The notes under the pieces: model-generated | What the model was told of the DNA's origin: nothing | Seen by the model: only the letters and a program-made list of their open reading frames with translations | Database searches by the model: none | Assembly: GCA_963662355.1 (NCBI GenBank) | Contig: OY759361.1 | Span: 226,942-290,941, forward strand | Length of the DNA stretch: 64,000 nt | Source of the DNA: Gammaproteobacteria bacterium | GTDB lineage: Bacteria > Pseudomonadota > Gammaproteobacteria > UBA4575 | Reading direction: 5' to 3' | Shown: one piece after another, positions 23,480 through 34,900 of the stretch | How positions within the stretch are numbered: position 1 is the stretch's first letter | Layout of the letters: the number at the start of each line of letters is the position of its first letter | Position numbers and translations under genes: made by a program

Positions 23480-24867
23480 GATGTTAGCCGCTCAGGCACT
23501 TCTTTTTCGCTACCCAGCCGCGTGAGAAACGGCAACAACAAGGTAATAACCAGATATGCTGCTGGAATGCTCCAAGTTTGCCAGATAAGTTCGGTTCTTT
23601 CAGAGGTGTTAATGAATACATCGTACAGGGTAATGATGCCAAGCAGTATCACAAAGCTGCTGATCCAGAACACCACTCCACGTGACCTGCTATATGTCCA
23701 AAGCACTATGAAAAACAGGAAGTACAGCTCTGTAAAGCGTAGGGCCAACTGTGAGTAAAGGGGTGTGACTGCATTTAACCCAAGATACCCGAGAACAAAA
23801 AATGTGACAGCAAATATGAGTAGATTGATTTTGAACAAAAAGCTTCTGTAACGAATTGACTTGATGGGATTGCGATCAATCCATGGTAGGAAGAACAATA
23901 CGATAATTGCGAGGCTCATTCCTACAAACCCGCCAAAAGGATCCGGGATTGCACGCAGTACCGTATAGAAAGGAGTGAAGTACCAGATGGGTGCAATGTG
24001 CTCCGGTGTATTCAGGGCACTGGCCGGGTCAAAATTAGCATGTTCCAGAAAGTAGCCATACATATCAGGAATAAAAAACACCACCACTGAAAATATACCC
24101 AGGAATACGACAGCACCGAATATATCCTTTACAGTGTAATACGGGTGGAAAGGAACGCTATCAACCGGAATCCCATCAGCACCCTTGTTTTTCTTGATTT
24201 CAACTCCGTCAGGGTTGTTGGAGCCGACTTCATGCAATGCCAGAATGTGACCAACTACCAGAGCAAGTAATGCAAGCGGTACGGCAATCACATGCAAAGA
24301 GAAGAAACGGTTCAGCGTTGCATCCGAGATAACAAAATCTCCGCGAATCCACTCAGAAATAGCCTCGCCAATGTATGGGATCGTATTGAACAGATTGATG
24401 ATAACCTGTGCACCCCAGTATGACATATTGCCCCAAGGCAACAAATAACCCATGAATGCTTCGGCCATCAGAGCAACGTAAATCAACATTCCAAAAACCC
24501 ACAACAATTCGCGCGGGTTTTTAAATGACCCATACATCAGTGCACGAAACATATGCAGGTATATGACGATAAAAAAGAATGATGCACCGGTGGAATGCAT
24601 GTAGCGAATCAGCCAACCCCAGTTAACATCACGCATAATGTGTTCAACCGAAGCAAAAGCCAGTTCTGCATCAGGCTTGTAGTGCATCGTTAAAAAGATA
24701 CCACTCAAGATTTGGATTACCAGAACGAGCAGCGCCAGAGAGCCAAAGAAATACCAGAAATTGAAATTTTTAGGGGCATAATATTCAGATAGATGTTCTC
24801 TCCACATTTTGGAAAGTGGAAACCGTGCATCAATCCACCCCAGAAGTCCTCGCGCAATCCCGCTCAT
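23476..24867 (-). CDS. petB: Cytochrome b of the bc1 complex
   Basis: 463 aa polytopic protein. Conserved cytochrome b N-terminal region (NFNFWYFFGSLALLVLVIQILSGIFLTMHY, bis-His heme ligands) and PEWY-type region. Confidence 0.9.
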   Translation of the reverse strand: MSGIARGLLGWIDARFPLSKMWREHLSEYYAPKNFNFWYFFGSLALLVLVIQILSGIFLTMHYKPDAELAFASVEHIMRDVNWGWLIRYMHSTGASFFFIVIYLHMFRALMYGSFKNPRELLWVFGMLIYVALMAEAFMGYLLPWGNMSYWGAQVIINLFNTIPYIGEAISEWIRGDFVISDATLNRFFSLHVIAVPLALLALVVGHILALHEVGSNNPDGVEIKKNKGADGIPVDSVPFHPYYTVKDIFGAVVFLGIFSVVVFFIPDMYGYFLEHANFDPASALNTPEHIAPIWYFTPFYTVLRAIPDPFGGFVGMSLAIIVLFFLPWIDRNPIKSIRYRSFLFKINLLIFAVTFFVLGYLGLNAVTPLYSQLALRFTELYFLFFIVLWTYSRSRGVVFWISSFVILLGIITLYDVFINTSERTELIWQTWSIPAAYLVITLLLPFLTRLGSEKEVPERLTS

Positions 24868-25457
24868 GCCGCAGCCTCTTCTCTGGTCATCCCGATCAGT
24901 ATTCGACCGTTACTCATAAAATAATAGGGAGGAACTTCAAGATTCTTGTTTGCAGGAACATTCTTGTAGACACGTCCTGCAAGATCAAACCTCGACCCAT
25001 GGCAGGCACAGTAGAACCCGCCAAGCCAGCTAGAACTGATCGTTCCTGGTTCAGGACGAAATTCTGGAGAACAGCCAAGATGAGTGCAAATACCAATCAG
25101 TACCAAAAACTCTTCCTTTATGGACCGGAATTCATTTTGTGCAAAAGCCGGCTGCTGATTTTCTTCAGAACCCGGGTCACGCAGCTTGGGTGTCAGCGTA
25201 CTTAGTGTTTTTATCATCTCTGGCGTACGGCGAATTATCCATACGGGCTTCCGGCGCCAGATCTCCTGAATTTGCTGTCCCGGTTGCATTTTGCTTACAT
25301 CCACCTCAACGGGTGCACCTGCAGCCAGTGCACTTGCACTAGGATTCATACTTGCAATGAAGGGCCAGGCTGTGATTACAGCACCAACCCCCCCAACAAT
25401 TGCTGCACCACCCGTCAGTGCTTTGCGGCGGCCATGATCAAAATCGTCATTTGCCAT
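24864..25457 (-). CDS. petA: Ubiquinol-cytochrome c reductase Rieske iron-sulfur subunit
   Basis: Tat signal RRKALTGGAAIVG. Rieske boxes CTHLGC and CACHGS. Confidence 0.9.
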   Translation of the reverse strand: MANDDFDHGRRKALTGGAAIVGGVGAVITAWPFIASMNPSASALAAGAPVEVDVSKMQPGQQIQEIWRRKPVWIIRRTPEMIKTLSTLTPKLRDPGSEENQQPAFAQNEFRSIKEEFLVLIGICTHLGCSPEFRPEPGTISSSWLGGFYCACHGSRFDLAGRVYKNVPANKNLEVPPYYFMSNGRILIGMTREEAAA

Positions 25458-25650
25458 ATATAACAGCTCCCTTCACTCACTATGGACAAAATGCCAACTC
25501 TGACTCAAACGAGGGGCTAGTGAGCATTTATGTCCAGAAAATCCAAGTATGGGTAATCTCAGTGCCTGATTAAGAATGTCAGTCTGCAAAAGATGCGTAG
25601 AATGGCTCAAGATCCAAAATCCGTCAAGTAAAAGTACTAGTGAGACTGGT

Positions 25651-26409
25651 TCATGCAGGGTTATCAATGTCTACAAATTCATGTCTGATACTGAATTCTT
25701 GCCTCAGATGTTCTCCCAGCGCCTGAATGCCGTAGCGCTCTGTAGCATGATGGCCAGCAGCAAAATAGTGAATTTTAGCTTCTCTTGCGATATGAGCTGT
25801 AGGTTCTGAAATTTCACCACTTATATAGGCATCCAGATTTTTTTTCACTGCCAGCTCAATAAACCCCTGCCCAGCCCCAGTACACCAGCCCACTGTCTTG
25901 ACCATGGCTGGACCTGCATCAACATGTATGCAGCTGCGCCGTAACTTCGTACTGATCAGACGTTCAAACGTTTCCGCCTGTATAGCCTGATCAAGGTGGC
26001 CATAACTACCGCAGACATCCCGGTCCCTGGATTGCAGCAAACCATCGATCTGGATTCCAAGCAGCCGCCCCAGTTGTACATTGTTCCCAACTTCCGGATG
26101 CGCGTCCAGCGGCAAATGATAAGCAAGCAGGCTGATATCATTCCGCAACAGTACTGCAAGCCGTGCCCTTTTGATCCCGGTTATGCATGAATCTTCATTT
26201 TTCCAGAAGTAGCCATGATGAACCAATACTGCATCGGCCTGTCTGACACAGGCGACATCAATCATTGCCAGACTTGCAGTGACTCCAGTGATAACGCTCC
26301 CTATCGTTTCCTTGCCTTCTACCTGCAATCCATTCGGGCAGTAATCCCTGAAACTGTCTGTTTGCAAAAAAGTATCTGTGTAATGCGCAAGCTCTTGTAG
26401 GGTCACCAT
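25651..26409 (-). CDS. Nif3-like dinuclear metal centre protein (GTP cyclohydrolase 1 type 2 homologue, YqfO/YbgI family)
   Basis: HHGYFW motif and C-terminal HHATERYG metal-binding motif typical of the NIF3 family. Start chosen at MVTLQELA. Confidence 0.75.
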   Translation of the reverse strand: MVTLQELAHYTDTFLQTDSFRDYCPNGLQVEGKETIGSVITGVTASLAMIDVACVRQADAVLVHHGYFWKNEDSCITGIKRARLAVLLRNDISLLAYHLPLDAHPEVGNNVQLGRLLGIQIDGLLQSRDRDVCGSYGHLDQAIQAETFERLISTKLRRSCIHVDAGPAMVKTVGWCTGAGQGFIELAVKKNLDAYISGEISEPTAHIAREAKIHYFAAGHHATERYGIQALGEHLRQEFSIRHEFVDIDNPA

Positions 26410-26481
26410 TATGCTGCAGCAATCAGATTGTCCTAGTGACAGGGTACCGAAGCCTGAACATGTTCGCAAACGTTTCCATCG

Positions 26482-27561
26482 TCAAGCCAGGGAATCCTTC
26501 AGCGCATCGAGAAAGGCCTGGTTTTCTTTTTCTGTACCGACAGTAACCCTCAAACAATTCTCCAGCAGGTGATTGTCCGCAACATTCTTGATCATGATTT
26601 TGTTTTTCACCAGACAATTGAATACCGTATCTGCAGATGCCCTCAATGTCCTGAACAAGATAAAATTTGCCTCACTCGGATATACCTGTATGCCACTAAT
26701 GGCTTGCATGGCTTGAATTAACCACGCTCTTTGTATACAAATCTGCTCGGCCTGCTCAGTGAAAATAGAAATGTGGTCCAATGCAAAGTTGGCGCTGAGT
26801 TGTGTAAGCACATTGATATTATAGGGCAGACGGAGCTTGTCGAACTCTTTCACCCATAGGTCTGCTCCCATCAGGCAACCCAGGCGCAACCCTGCAAGAC
26901 CCATCTTTGAAAACGTGCGCAACATCAATACATGTGAATACCTTTCAACCAGGGACATCATTGTGCGAGAAGAGAACGGGGAATATGCCTCATCGATAAT
27001 TACCAGCCCACTCGACTGCTGCACTATCTGTTCAATATCATGCTGTGGCCAGAGCGTCCCGGTCGGGTTATTTGGACATGCCAGAAATATTAATGCTGGA
27101 TTATGTTCACGGATCGCTTCACAAACCTGATCAACCTGCAAGGTAAAGGACTCAGCTGCCAACGGAACTTTGACAACACGCACACCCATAAAATCTGCAA
27201 TAGTTCCATACATGGAAAAGCTGGGTGTTACAGTAAGAATGCAGGCATCAGGCCTGGCAACTGCCATAATCAGAATCTGGATCAGTTCATCAGACCCGTT
27301 CCCGAGTATTAATTCAAGGCTGGAAGGAATTGCAAATGTTTTGCAGAAATTTTGCCTGAGTGCGGTCGCCTTCGAATCCGGGTAACGATTCAACGCTGCC
27401 TGCTCAAGCGTGTCCAGCCACCGTTCTTGCAATGCTGCCGGCAATTCATACGGGTTTTCCATTGCATCCAGCTTAATAAAGCCTTGTGCCTGTACCACCT
27501 TATATGCGCTTATGTCAGCCAAATCAGTGCGCAGCAATTGTCGTGGTGAAATAGCCATCAC
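26482..27561 (-). CDS. hisC: Histidinol-phosphate aminotransferase
   Basis: 359 aa class-II aminotransferase. ...YPDSKATALRQ...ILGNGSDELI...PNNPTG...SKMGLAGLRLGCL (PLP lysine region). Confidence 0.85.
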   Translation of the reverse strand: MMAISPRQLLRTDLADISAYKVVQAQGFIKLDAMENPYELPAALQERWLDTLEQAALNRYPDSKATALRQNFCKTFAIPSSLELILGNGSDELIQILIMAVARPDACILTVTPSFSMYGTIADFMGVRVVKVPLAAESFTLQVDQVCEAIREHNPALIFLACPNNPTGTLWPQHDIEQIVQQSSGLVIIDEAYSPFSSRTMMSLVERYSHVLMLRTFSKMGLAGLRLGCLMGADLWVKEFDKLRLPYNINVLTQLSANFALDHISIFTEQAEQICIQRAWLIQAMQAISGIQVYPSEANFILFRTLRASADTVFNCLVKNKIMIKNVADNHLLENCLRVTVGTEKENQAFLDALKDSLA

Positions 27562-27569
27562 AGTACTAC

Positions 27570-28883
27570 TCAGGTAGCAGCTGACTGCTTACATCGGTAT
27601 TGCGCCGATCTAGCATGTGCTGACAGACCTTCACTATATGCGAGAACCGCTGCCACCTCGCCCAGTTTTCCTGCACCTTCACGGGAACAGCTTATAACAC
27701 TGGTACGCTTTTGAAAATCATATACGCCCAACGGTGAAGAGTAACGTGCTGTGCCGGCGGTCGGCAGTACGTGGTTGGGACCTGCACAATAGTCCCCAAA
27801 CACTTCGGGAGTGTAATGTCCCAGAAATACCGCTCCTGCGTTACGAATCTTTTTCAGTAATACATTGGGTTCAGATATGCACAATGCGAGATGTTCCGGT
27901 GCAATTCTGTTACTCAGTTCAGCAGCTTCATCCAGGTGATTAACCCGTATGAATGCACCACAATGTGTTATCGACTGCACAATCGTATCTGCACGCTCCA
28001 ACTGATCCAGAAATTTCTTCATGTGGGCCAAGACACGCTCCAGAAATTTGTCTCCTGTTGCAATCAGTACGGCACGTGCGCGGGTGTCGTGTTCAGCCTG
28101 TGAAAACAAGTCCATAGCTACCCACTCAGGGTTTGCGCTGTCATCACATATCACCAGCAATTCGGAAGGACCGGCAATCATGTCAATCCCGACCTGACCA
28201 TACAGCATGCGTTTTGCGCTTGACACGTATGCATTGCCTGGGCCAACGACCTTATCGACCTTGGGAACTGTCTGTGTGCCGTATGCAAATGCGGCAATGG
28301 CCTGAGCTCCACCAATGGTAAACACTCGGTCTACTTCTGCAAGTCTGCCAGCAGCCAGCACCAGTGGATTTAGTTTCCCATGTGGTGCAGGAACTGCCAT
28401 GCACACAGACTCAACTCCTGCAACCTTTGCTGGGATTACATTCATGAGGACGGAGGAAGGGTACGCTGCGGTCCCACCAGGCACGTAAACACCCACCCTT
28501 TGCAGGGCAGTAATTTTCTGGCCCATAGAATTTCCATATTCATCCTCTATCGACCATGGTCGTATAGGTTGCTGTTCTGCATAACTCCGGATTCGGGATG
28601 CAGCTGTCTCGAGCGCTGTACGCTGATCTTCATCGATTGTTTGCAGGGCCTCCAGCATTTGTTGATCTGTAATTTCGAGGTCATTCACGCTCTGAGCTGA
28701 AACGCGATCAAAGCGTTGTGTGTATTCAAGAATGGCTTTATCTCCTTGTACTCGAACAGCTTCAATGATTTCAGCTACACCGCGATCTACATCCTGCTCG
28801 ACCACCTGGCTGCTGCAGAGCCACTCTTCGAATTGTGCAGAAAACCCTGCATCTTGAATATTAAGACGTGTAATGTCCAGCAT
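27570..28883 (-). CDS. hisD: Histidinol dehydrogenase
   Basis: 437 aa. Conserved HisD core ...VGVYVPGGTAAYPSSVLMNVIPAKVAGV...AGPSELLVICD... and Zn-binding His/Glu residues. Confidence 0.9.
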   Translation of the reverse strand: MLDITRLNIQDAGFSAQFEEWLCSSQVVEQDVDRGVAEIIEAVRVQGDKAILEYTQRFDRVSAQSVNDLEITDQQMLEALQTIDEDQRTALETAASRIRSYAEQQPIRPWSIEDEYGNSMGQKITALQRVGVYVPGGTAAYPSSVLMNVIPAKVAGVESVCMAVPAPHGKLNPLVLAAGRLAEVDRVFTIGGAQAIAAFAYGTQTVPKVDKVVGPGNAYVSSAKRMLYGQVGIDMIAGPSELLVICDDSANPEWVAMDLFSQAEHDTRARAVLIATGDKFLERVLAHMKKFLDQLERADTIVQSITHCGAFIRVNHLDEAAELSNRIAPEHLALCISEPNVLLKKIRNAGAVFLGHYTPEVFGDYCAGPNHVLPTAGTARYSSPLGVYDFQKRTSVISCSREGAGKLGEVAAVLAYSEGLSAHARSAQYRCKQSAAT

Positions 28884-28904
28884 GGTCAGTTAGCACACTC
28901 TGTA

Positions 28905-29984
28905 TTACGCAGCAGTTGCTGCTGAACTGACATGTCGTCGCTCATGCGCTGCCTCGGCAAGCAGGTGCAGCAACTCTTCTGTTTCCTGCCATCCCATGCA
29001 TGCATCAGTAATACTTTGGCCGTAAGTCAACTCTGCGCCAGGCTTCGCATTCTGCCGGCCCGCAACAAGGTGGCTTTCAATCATCACTCCAAAAATGCGT
29101 GTATCCCCCCCACTCACTTGGGTAGAAATGGATTTGCCCACCTCCATTTGTCTGTCATGCTGCTTGAAGCTGTTAGCATGGCTGCAATCCACCATCACCC
29201 ACTGTGCCAAACCAGATTTTTCAAGCAATTTTGCAGCTGTATCGATACTTTCCTGACTGTAATTGGTCTCTTTGCTGCCTCCCCGCAAAATGATATGGCA
29301 ATCCTTGTTGCCTGTGGTGGAAAATATTGCAGACCTGCCAAATTTGGTCACAGATAAAAAATGGTGTGGATGAATCGCAGAACCCACAGCATCCACCGCA
29401 ACCTGCAAATCTCCACTGGTTGCATTTTTAAACCCTACCGGACAGGACAGCCCGGACGCCAGTTCGCGATGTACCTGGCTTTCAGTGGTGCGTGCTCCAA
29501 TCGCACCCCAGCTCACCAGGTCTGAAACATACTGGGGACTAATCAGGTCCAAGTACTCCGTACCGGAAGGCAGGCCCATCTCATTAAGGTCCAACAGTAA
29601 TTTGCGCGCAATACGCAAGCCCTTGTTGATTTTGAAACTGCCATCCAAATTAGGATCATTGATCAAACCTTTCCAGCCTACAGTCGTACGCGGCTTTTCA
29701 AAATAAACACGCATCACAACCACTAGATCACTAATGAGTTCATTACGCAGGGCTACCAGACGACCTGCATATTCACTTGCTGCATCAGGGTCATGAATCG
29801 AACAGGGACCAACAATCACAAGCAGACGATTATCTCCACCATGCAGTATTTTCTGGATGTCTGCGCGTGCATGGAATACACATTTGGAAGCATTGTCTGT
29901 AATCGGAAATTCGCTTCGCAGGACAGAGGGAGCAACCACCTCCTTGGTTTCTGCGATTCTAAGATTATCTGTCGGATAACTCAT
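28905..29984 (-). CDS. 3-deoxy-7-phosphoheptulonate (DAHP) synthase, class I (AroF/G/H type)
   Basis: MSYPTDNLRI...RLLVIVGPCSIHDP...VMRVYFEKPRTTVGWKGLINDP...WGAIGARTTESQVHRELASGLSCPVGFKN is colinear with E. coli AroG along its length. The isozyme cannot be assigned. Confidence 0.9.
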   Translation of the reverse strand: MSYPTDNLRIAETKEVVAPSVLRSEFPITDNASKCVFHARADIQKILHGGDNRLLVIVGPCSIHDPDAASEYAGRLVALRNELISDLVVVMRVYFEKPRTTVGWKGLINDPNLDGSFKINKGLRIARKLLLDLNEMGLPSGTEYLDLISPQYVSDLVSWGAIGARTTESQVHRELASGLSCPVGFKNATSGDLQVAVDAVGSAIHPHHFLSVTKFGRSAIFSTTGNKDCHIILRGGSKETNYSQESIDTAAKLLEKSGLAQWVMVDCSHANSFKQHDRQMEVGKSISTQVSGGDTRIFGVMIESHLVAGRQNAKPGAELTYGQSITDACMGWQETEELLHLLAEAAHERRHVSSAATAA

Positions 29985-30654
29985 GGTCAATTTGCCTTGT
30001 TAAAAAATCTTGTTGTTTCTCAGCTGCCCGCTTAAATTGTTCAATAAAAGTCTTAAGTGTAGCAGATTTTATCTTCATCGCTGCCTTGTTGACTATGAGC
30101 CGACAGCTAATGTCAGTTATATGCTCAATGGGTACCAGACCATTCGCCTTGAGCGTATTGCCCGTTGCAACCAGATCCACGATACAGTCAGCAAGGCCAA
30201 GTACCGGTGCAAGCTCCATTGAGCCATACAACTTTATCAATTCGACCTGCTGGCCTTTAGCTGCAAAATGCCGTTGTGTGCTCCGTATGTATTTAGTAGC
30301 CACACGCAAACGCCTGCTGCTCCCTACCGCAGCTTCAGACCCTGCTACCATCAGACGGCACTTAGCAATACCCAGATCTACTGGCTCATAGATCCCATCG
30401 CCATCAAATTCCATCAGCACATCCTTGCCTACTATGCCTAATTCTGCCACCCCATACTGTACATAGGTCGGAACATCTCTGGAACGGATAACCAGCAATC
30501 GAATCCCTGGCTGACTGGTCGTTAACAGAAGTTTACGGCCATCTAGGTCCCTCTTCTCAACGGTAATGTCCAGGGCTGCGAGCAATGACAGACTCTCCTC
30601 AAAGACACGTCCCTTTGAAATAGCTATGGTAGTTACGTTCTTTTCAGCTTGCAT
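29965..30654 (-). CDS. hisG: ATP phosphoribosyltransferase
   Basis: TTIAISKGRVFEESLSLLAALDI...RLLVIRSRDVPTYVQYGVAELGIVGKDVL aligns with the HisG N-terminus. Start chosen at MQAEK. About 20-nt overlap with the DAHP synthase start. Confidence 0.85.
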   Translation of the reverse strand: MQAEKNVTTIAISKGRVFEESLSLLAALDITVEKRDLDGRKLLLTTSQPGIRLLVIRSRDVPTYVQYGVAELGIVGKDVLMEFDGDGIYEPVDLGIAKCRLMVAGSEAAVGSSRRLRVATKYIRSTQRHFAAKGQQVELIKLYGSMELAPVLGLADCIVDLVATGNTLKANGLVPIEHITDISCRLIVNKAAMKIKSATLKTFIEQFKRAAEKQQDFLTRQIDHELSDR

Positions 30655-30706
30655 TGCGATACACACGTCACTTCAGAAACTAAGGAGGATAATGAATCAT
30701 CACAGG

Positions 30707-31987
<1,281 letters not shown>

Positions 31988-32276
31988 TTAAGCTGAAACC
32001 GGCCATAAAGACTGTGGAGATCGGGCAACCCTGGCAAGCAGAGTCTGACTGAAATTGAGCTAAGCACCTTCACGTCACCAAGTTGACCGTATCTTTTTTT
32101 CGAGAAGAAATCCCGCAGGACCATCCTGCATCCGTTCAGTATCACAGACTCCTAGAAAAACTCAGACAGATCCACAAGTCCGCAGATCCTGATCAGCTTG
32201 ATTCCTTACAGAAGTCATTCCGGAAATTATCTGACTACCAGTAATCCGAAACCCACCTAGACCTACACATCGGAAT

Positions 32277-32963
32277 TCACTCTGCCCGAACCCTATTTGC
32301 GCTGCTGCCTCTGTTGCTATTTGCCAGACGCATAATCAGGGCATCCAGTGAAGTTTCCTTGATTTCTTGATTAAAGCTGGTGCGAAAATTTTTTACAAGG
32401 CTCAAACCGTCTACAGAAAGGTCAAATACCTTCCATTCATTCTGTTTGTTATTGCGAAATACATAGGCAACTTGCAGCGGAGTCTTGCCAGAACCAATAT
32501 CCAGTTCAGTTTGTACAGTATGATACTTGCCTTTCTGCTTGTCATGATCAGGCAGAACCTTGACCCGTGCGTGCCCGAAGTCCAGCATTGCCTTTGCATA
32601 GATCCGAATCAGCATGTCCTTGAACTCCAAAACAAAGCCTGACCGCTGTTCTTCACTCGCCTGCTTCCAGTACCTTCCCAGTATCAGTTTGCCCATTGAA
32701 ACCAAATCAAGAATAGGAACAATAGTCTCTTTGATTAGGTCATTGATCAAGGCAGGGTCTGCTCTCAGGCGCTCCCGCTCTTCATTCAGCACTTTCAGCA
32801 CCTTTGTTGAGGTTTCCTCAATAATCTGTTCAGGGGTTCGGCTATCCGCAGCATACACCCGCACAGTCAATAGCTGAAGCAGTACGCACACAACGACGCC
32901 ATACCGGGCAGTGGCTTGAACCGGCCTGATGTTACTCACAGCTGACTTTCCCTGAAACCACAC
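32277..32963 (-). CDS. mlaC: MlaC / Ttg2D-family periplasmic phospholipid-binding protein
   Basis: 228 aa, signal peptide. Tgt2/MlaC-like region (...PILDLVSMGKLILGRYWKQASEEQRSGFVLEFKDMLIRIYAKAML...). Confidence 0.7.
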   Translation of the reverse strand: MWFQGKSAVSNIRPVQATARYGVVVCVLLQLLTVRVYAADSRTPEQIIEETSTKVLKVLNEERERLRADPALINDLIKETIVPILDLVSMGKLILGRYWKQASEEQRSGFVLEFKDMLIRIYAKAMLDFGHARVKVLPDHDKQKGKYHTVQTELDIGSGKTPLQVAYVFRNNKQNEWKVFDLSVDGLSLVKNFRTSFNQEIKETSLDALIMRLANSNRGSSANRVRAE

Positions 32964-33371
32964 AATAACCTGTTAGACTTTGCACAAATTGGTATGGCTA
33001 TTCAGGGTAGTTAAAAATCATCCTGACGTCAATTTGACAAATTTTTTACCGCCAACCTGGTCAGAAGCCAGTGCCGATTCAGTAAACTCTATGCCATCTC
33101 TGGCCTTGAGCACCTCTTCCCCAGCATCGGGCTGGGCAGCCCCTCAGAAACTGCTGCATCTGGCCAGAACCACTGATGATTCGCTTATTGATCTTTTTGA
33201 TCTTTTTGATCTTTCCTAATCCGAATTAACAGAATACCATATAGCCCGATACCTGAATTTTGTGCGGTATCCCACTCATTTCCGAAGTTTCTGGCAATTT
33301 ACAGTTTCATCTGCAACTACCTAAAAGCTGTTACTTGCCCGTAACCCAAGATTTTACCAGACGACCCAGAC

Positions 33372-34331
33372 ATGTACCTATACACCGCAGCCCTCCTAGC
33401 AGGTTTCTTACTGCTAATGTGGAGTGCCAGCCAACTGGTAACCAGTGCGTCCAGACTACAACAACGCCTTGAGGTTTCAGGGTACATCATCGGATTTTTA
33501 GTGCTGGGATTTGGTACCTCTGCACCTGAACTGCTGGTCTCTGGTTTGTCTGCCTTGCAGGGTAACCCGGGCTTGGCAGTCGGCAATGCGATGGGATCAA
33601 ATACAACCAACATCTTACTGATCCTGGGCATGACCTTATGTGTATCACCTCTTTACCTGAACAAAGATGCTCTGCACATGGACTTCATACTACTCATCGC
33701 CGCCACCTCATTGTTTGCCGGATTGATTTTTGACCAGAATTTGCAAATTTATGACGGTCTGATCCTGCTGGCAGTTCTCCTGATCATTTTGTATTACAAG
33801 ATGCGCCTTGAGCCCGGAAAGCAAGTTCAGGAAAATCTCGCGCGGGACTCCACCCGCCAAAATAGCATGACAGCTGTGCTGACAAGACTGCTATTCAGCC
33901 TTGCAGTCCTGTTACTGAGTTCAAAGCTCGTAGTATGGAGTTCTGTCTCGATTGCAAAATATCTGGGTATCAGCGACTTGATCATAGGCCTCACGATTGT
34001 CGCAGTCGGAACCAGTTTGCCTGAACTGGCAACATGTATCGCGAGCGCCCTTAAAAGGCACAGTGAACTACTTCTGGGTAACATAATTGGCTCCAATATT
34101 TTCAATACTCTCGGGGTTGTCGGCACTGCAAGCCTGATTGCTGCCTACAAAGTTCCACACGAGGTCTACATGCGGGATCTTCCCGTTATGTCAGGTGCAA
34201 CAGCAATGTTATTTATACTGGTTCTGGTTTTTATGCGCTTTGGGAAAATCCCTCGAGGCATCAGTATTTTATTTATCTCTTCCTACATTGCATATATATT
34301 CCTTGTTTATCGGCAAACCTTGCAAACATAG
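33372..34331 (+). CDS. yrbG: Sodium/calcium exchanger (CaCA) family membrane protein YrbG
   Basis: 319 aa, about 10 TM. Duplicated alpha-repeat motifs GTSAPELLVSG and GTSLPELATCI. Confidence 0.75.
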   Translation: MYLYTAALLAGFLLLMWSASQLVTSASRLQQRLEVSGYIIGFLVLGFGTSAPELLVSGLSALQGNPGLAVGNAMGSNTTNILLILGMTLCVSPLYLNKDALHMDFILLIAATSLFAGLIFDQNLQIYDGLILLAVLLIILYYKMRLEPGKQVQENLARDSTRQNSMTAVLTRLLFSLAVLLLSSKLVVWSSVSIAKYLGISDLIIGLTIVAVGTSLPELATCIASALKRHSELLLGNIIGSNIFNTLGVVGTASLIAAYKVPHEVYMRDLPVMSGATAMLFILVLVFMRFGKIPRGISILFISSYIAYIFLVYRQTLQT

Positions 34332-34351
34332 TCACCACATACCCTCTGCGC

Positions 34352-34885
34352 ATGAAACTACCGGAAACTGTTTTCAATAGAGCCAAGGCAATTCGTCTTG
34401 CACTGTTTGACGTCGATGGAGTACTTACGGATGGAAACATTTATATTGATAACCATGGTACTGAGATGAAGGCTTTCAATACGCATGACGGTCATGGTAT
34501 CAGGCTGCTGTTGCATTATGGCATCGAGGTGGGTGTCATTACAGGGCGCGCATCCAAGGCACTCGAATATCGAATGCAGGACCTGCAGGTCAGGCATGTG
34601 TACCAGAGTTGCAAGGATAAATTTCTTGCATTCCAGAATTTGTTATCCAAGCTGAACCTGGAAGAACATCAGGCTGCATTTGTTGGAGATGACATTTTCG
34701 ATCTGCAGGTAATGTCTCGCTGTGGCTTAGCTGTCGCAGTGGCAAACGCACATACCATTGTGAAGCAGCATGCACATTGTGAGACCGAAAATTCAGGCGG
34801 ACACGGTGCAGCAAGAGAAGTGTGCGAGTTGCTGCTGGATGCTCAAGGTCTGCTGGACACTGCCATTTCACATAACCTCCGCTGA
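34352..34885 (+). CDS. kdsC: 3-deoxy-D-manno-octulosonate 8-phosphate phosphatase (HAD family)
   Basis: RLALFDVDGVLTDG HAD motif I. GDDIFDLQVM motif IV. Position upstream of lptC. Confidence 0.85.
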   Translation: MKLPETVFNRAKAIRLALFDVDGVLTDGNIYIDNHGTEMKAFNTHDGHGIRLLLHYGIEVGVITGRASKALEYRMQDLQVRHVYQSCKDKFLAFQNLLSKLNLEEHQAAFVGDDIFDLQVMSRCGLAVAVANAHTIVKQHAHCETENSGGHGAAREVCELLLDAQGLLDTAISHNLR

Positions 34886-34900
34886 GGTGCAAGGAGCACC

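Noticed and set aside
33191-33217. Considered as a CRISPR-like or minisatellite array
   Set aside because: Only three 9-bp units with no spacers. Far below CRISPR repeat length.
32980-33219. 79-aa ORF ending ...LIDLFDLFDLS in the mlaC/yrbG intergenic region
   Set aside because: Its C-terminus is just the translation of the GATCTTTTT tandem repeat. No family resemblance. The region is better read as a divergent promoter.
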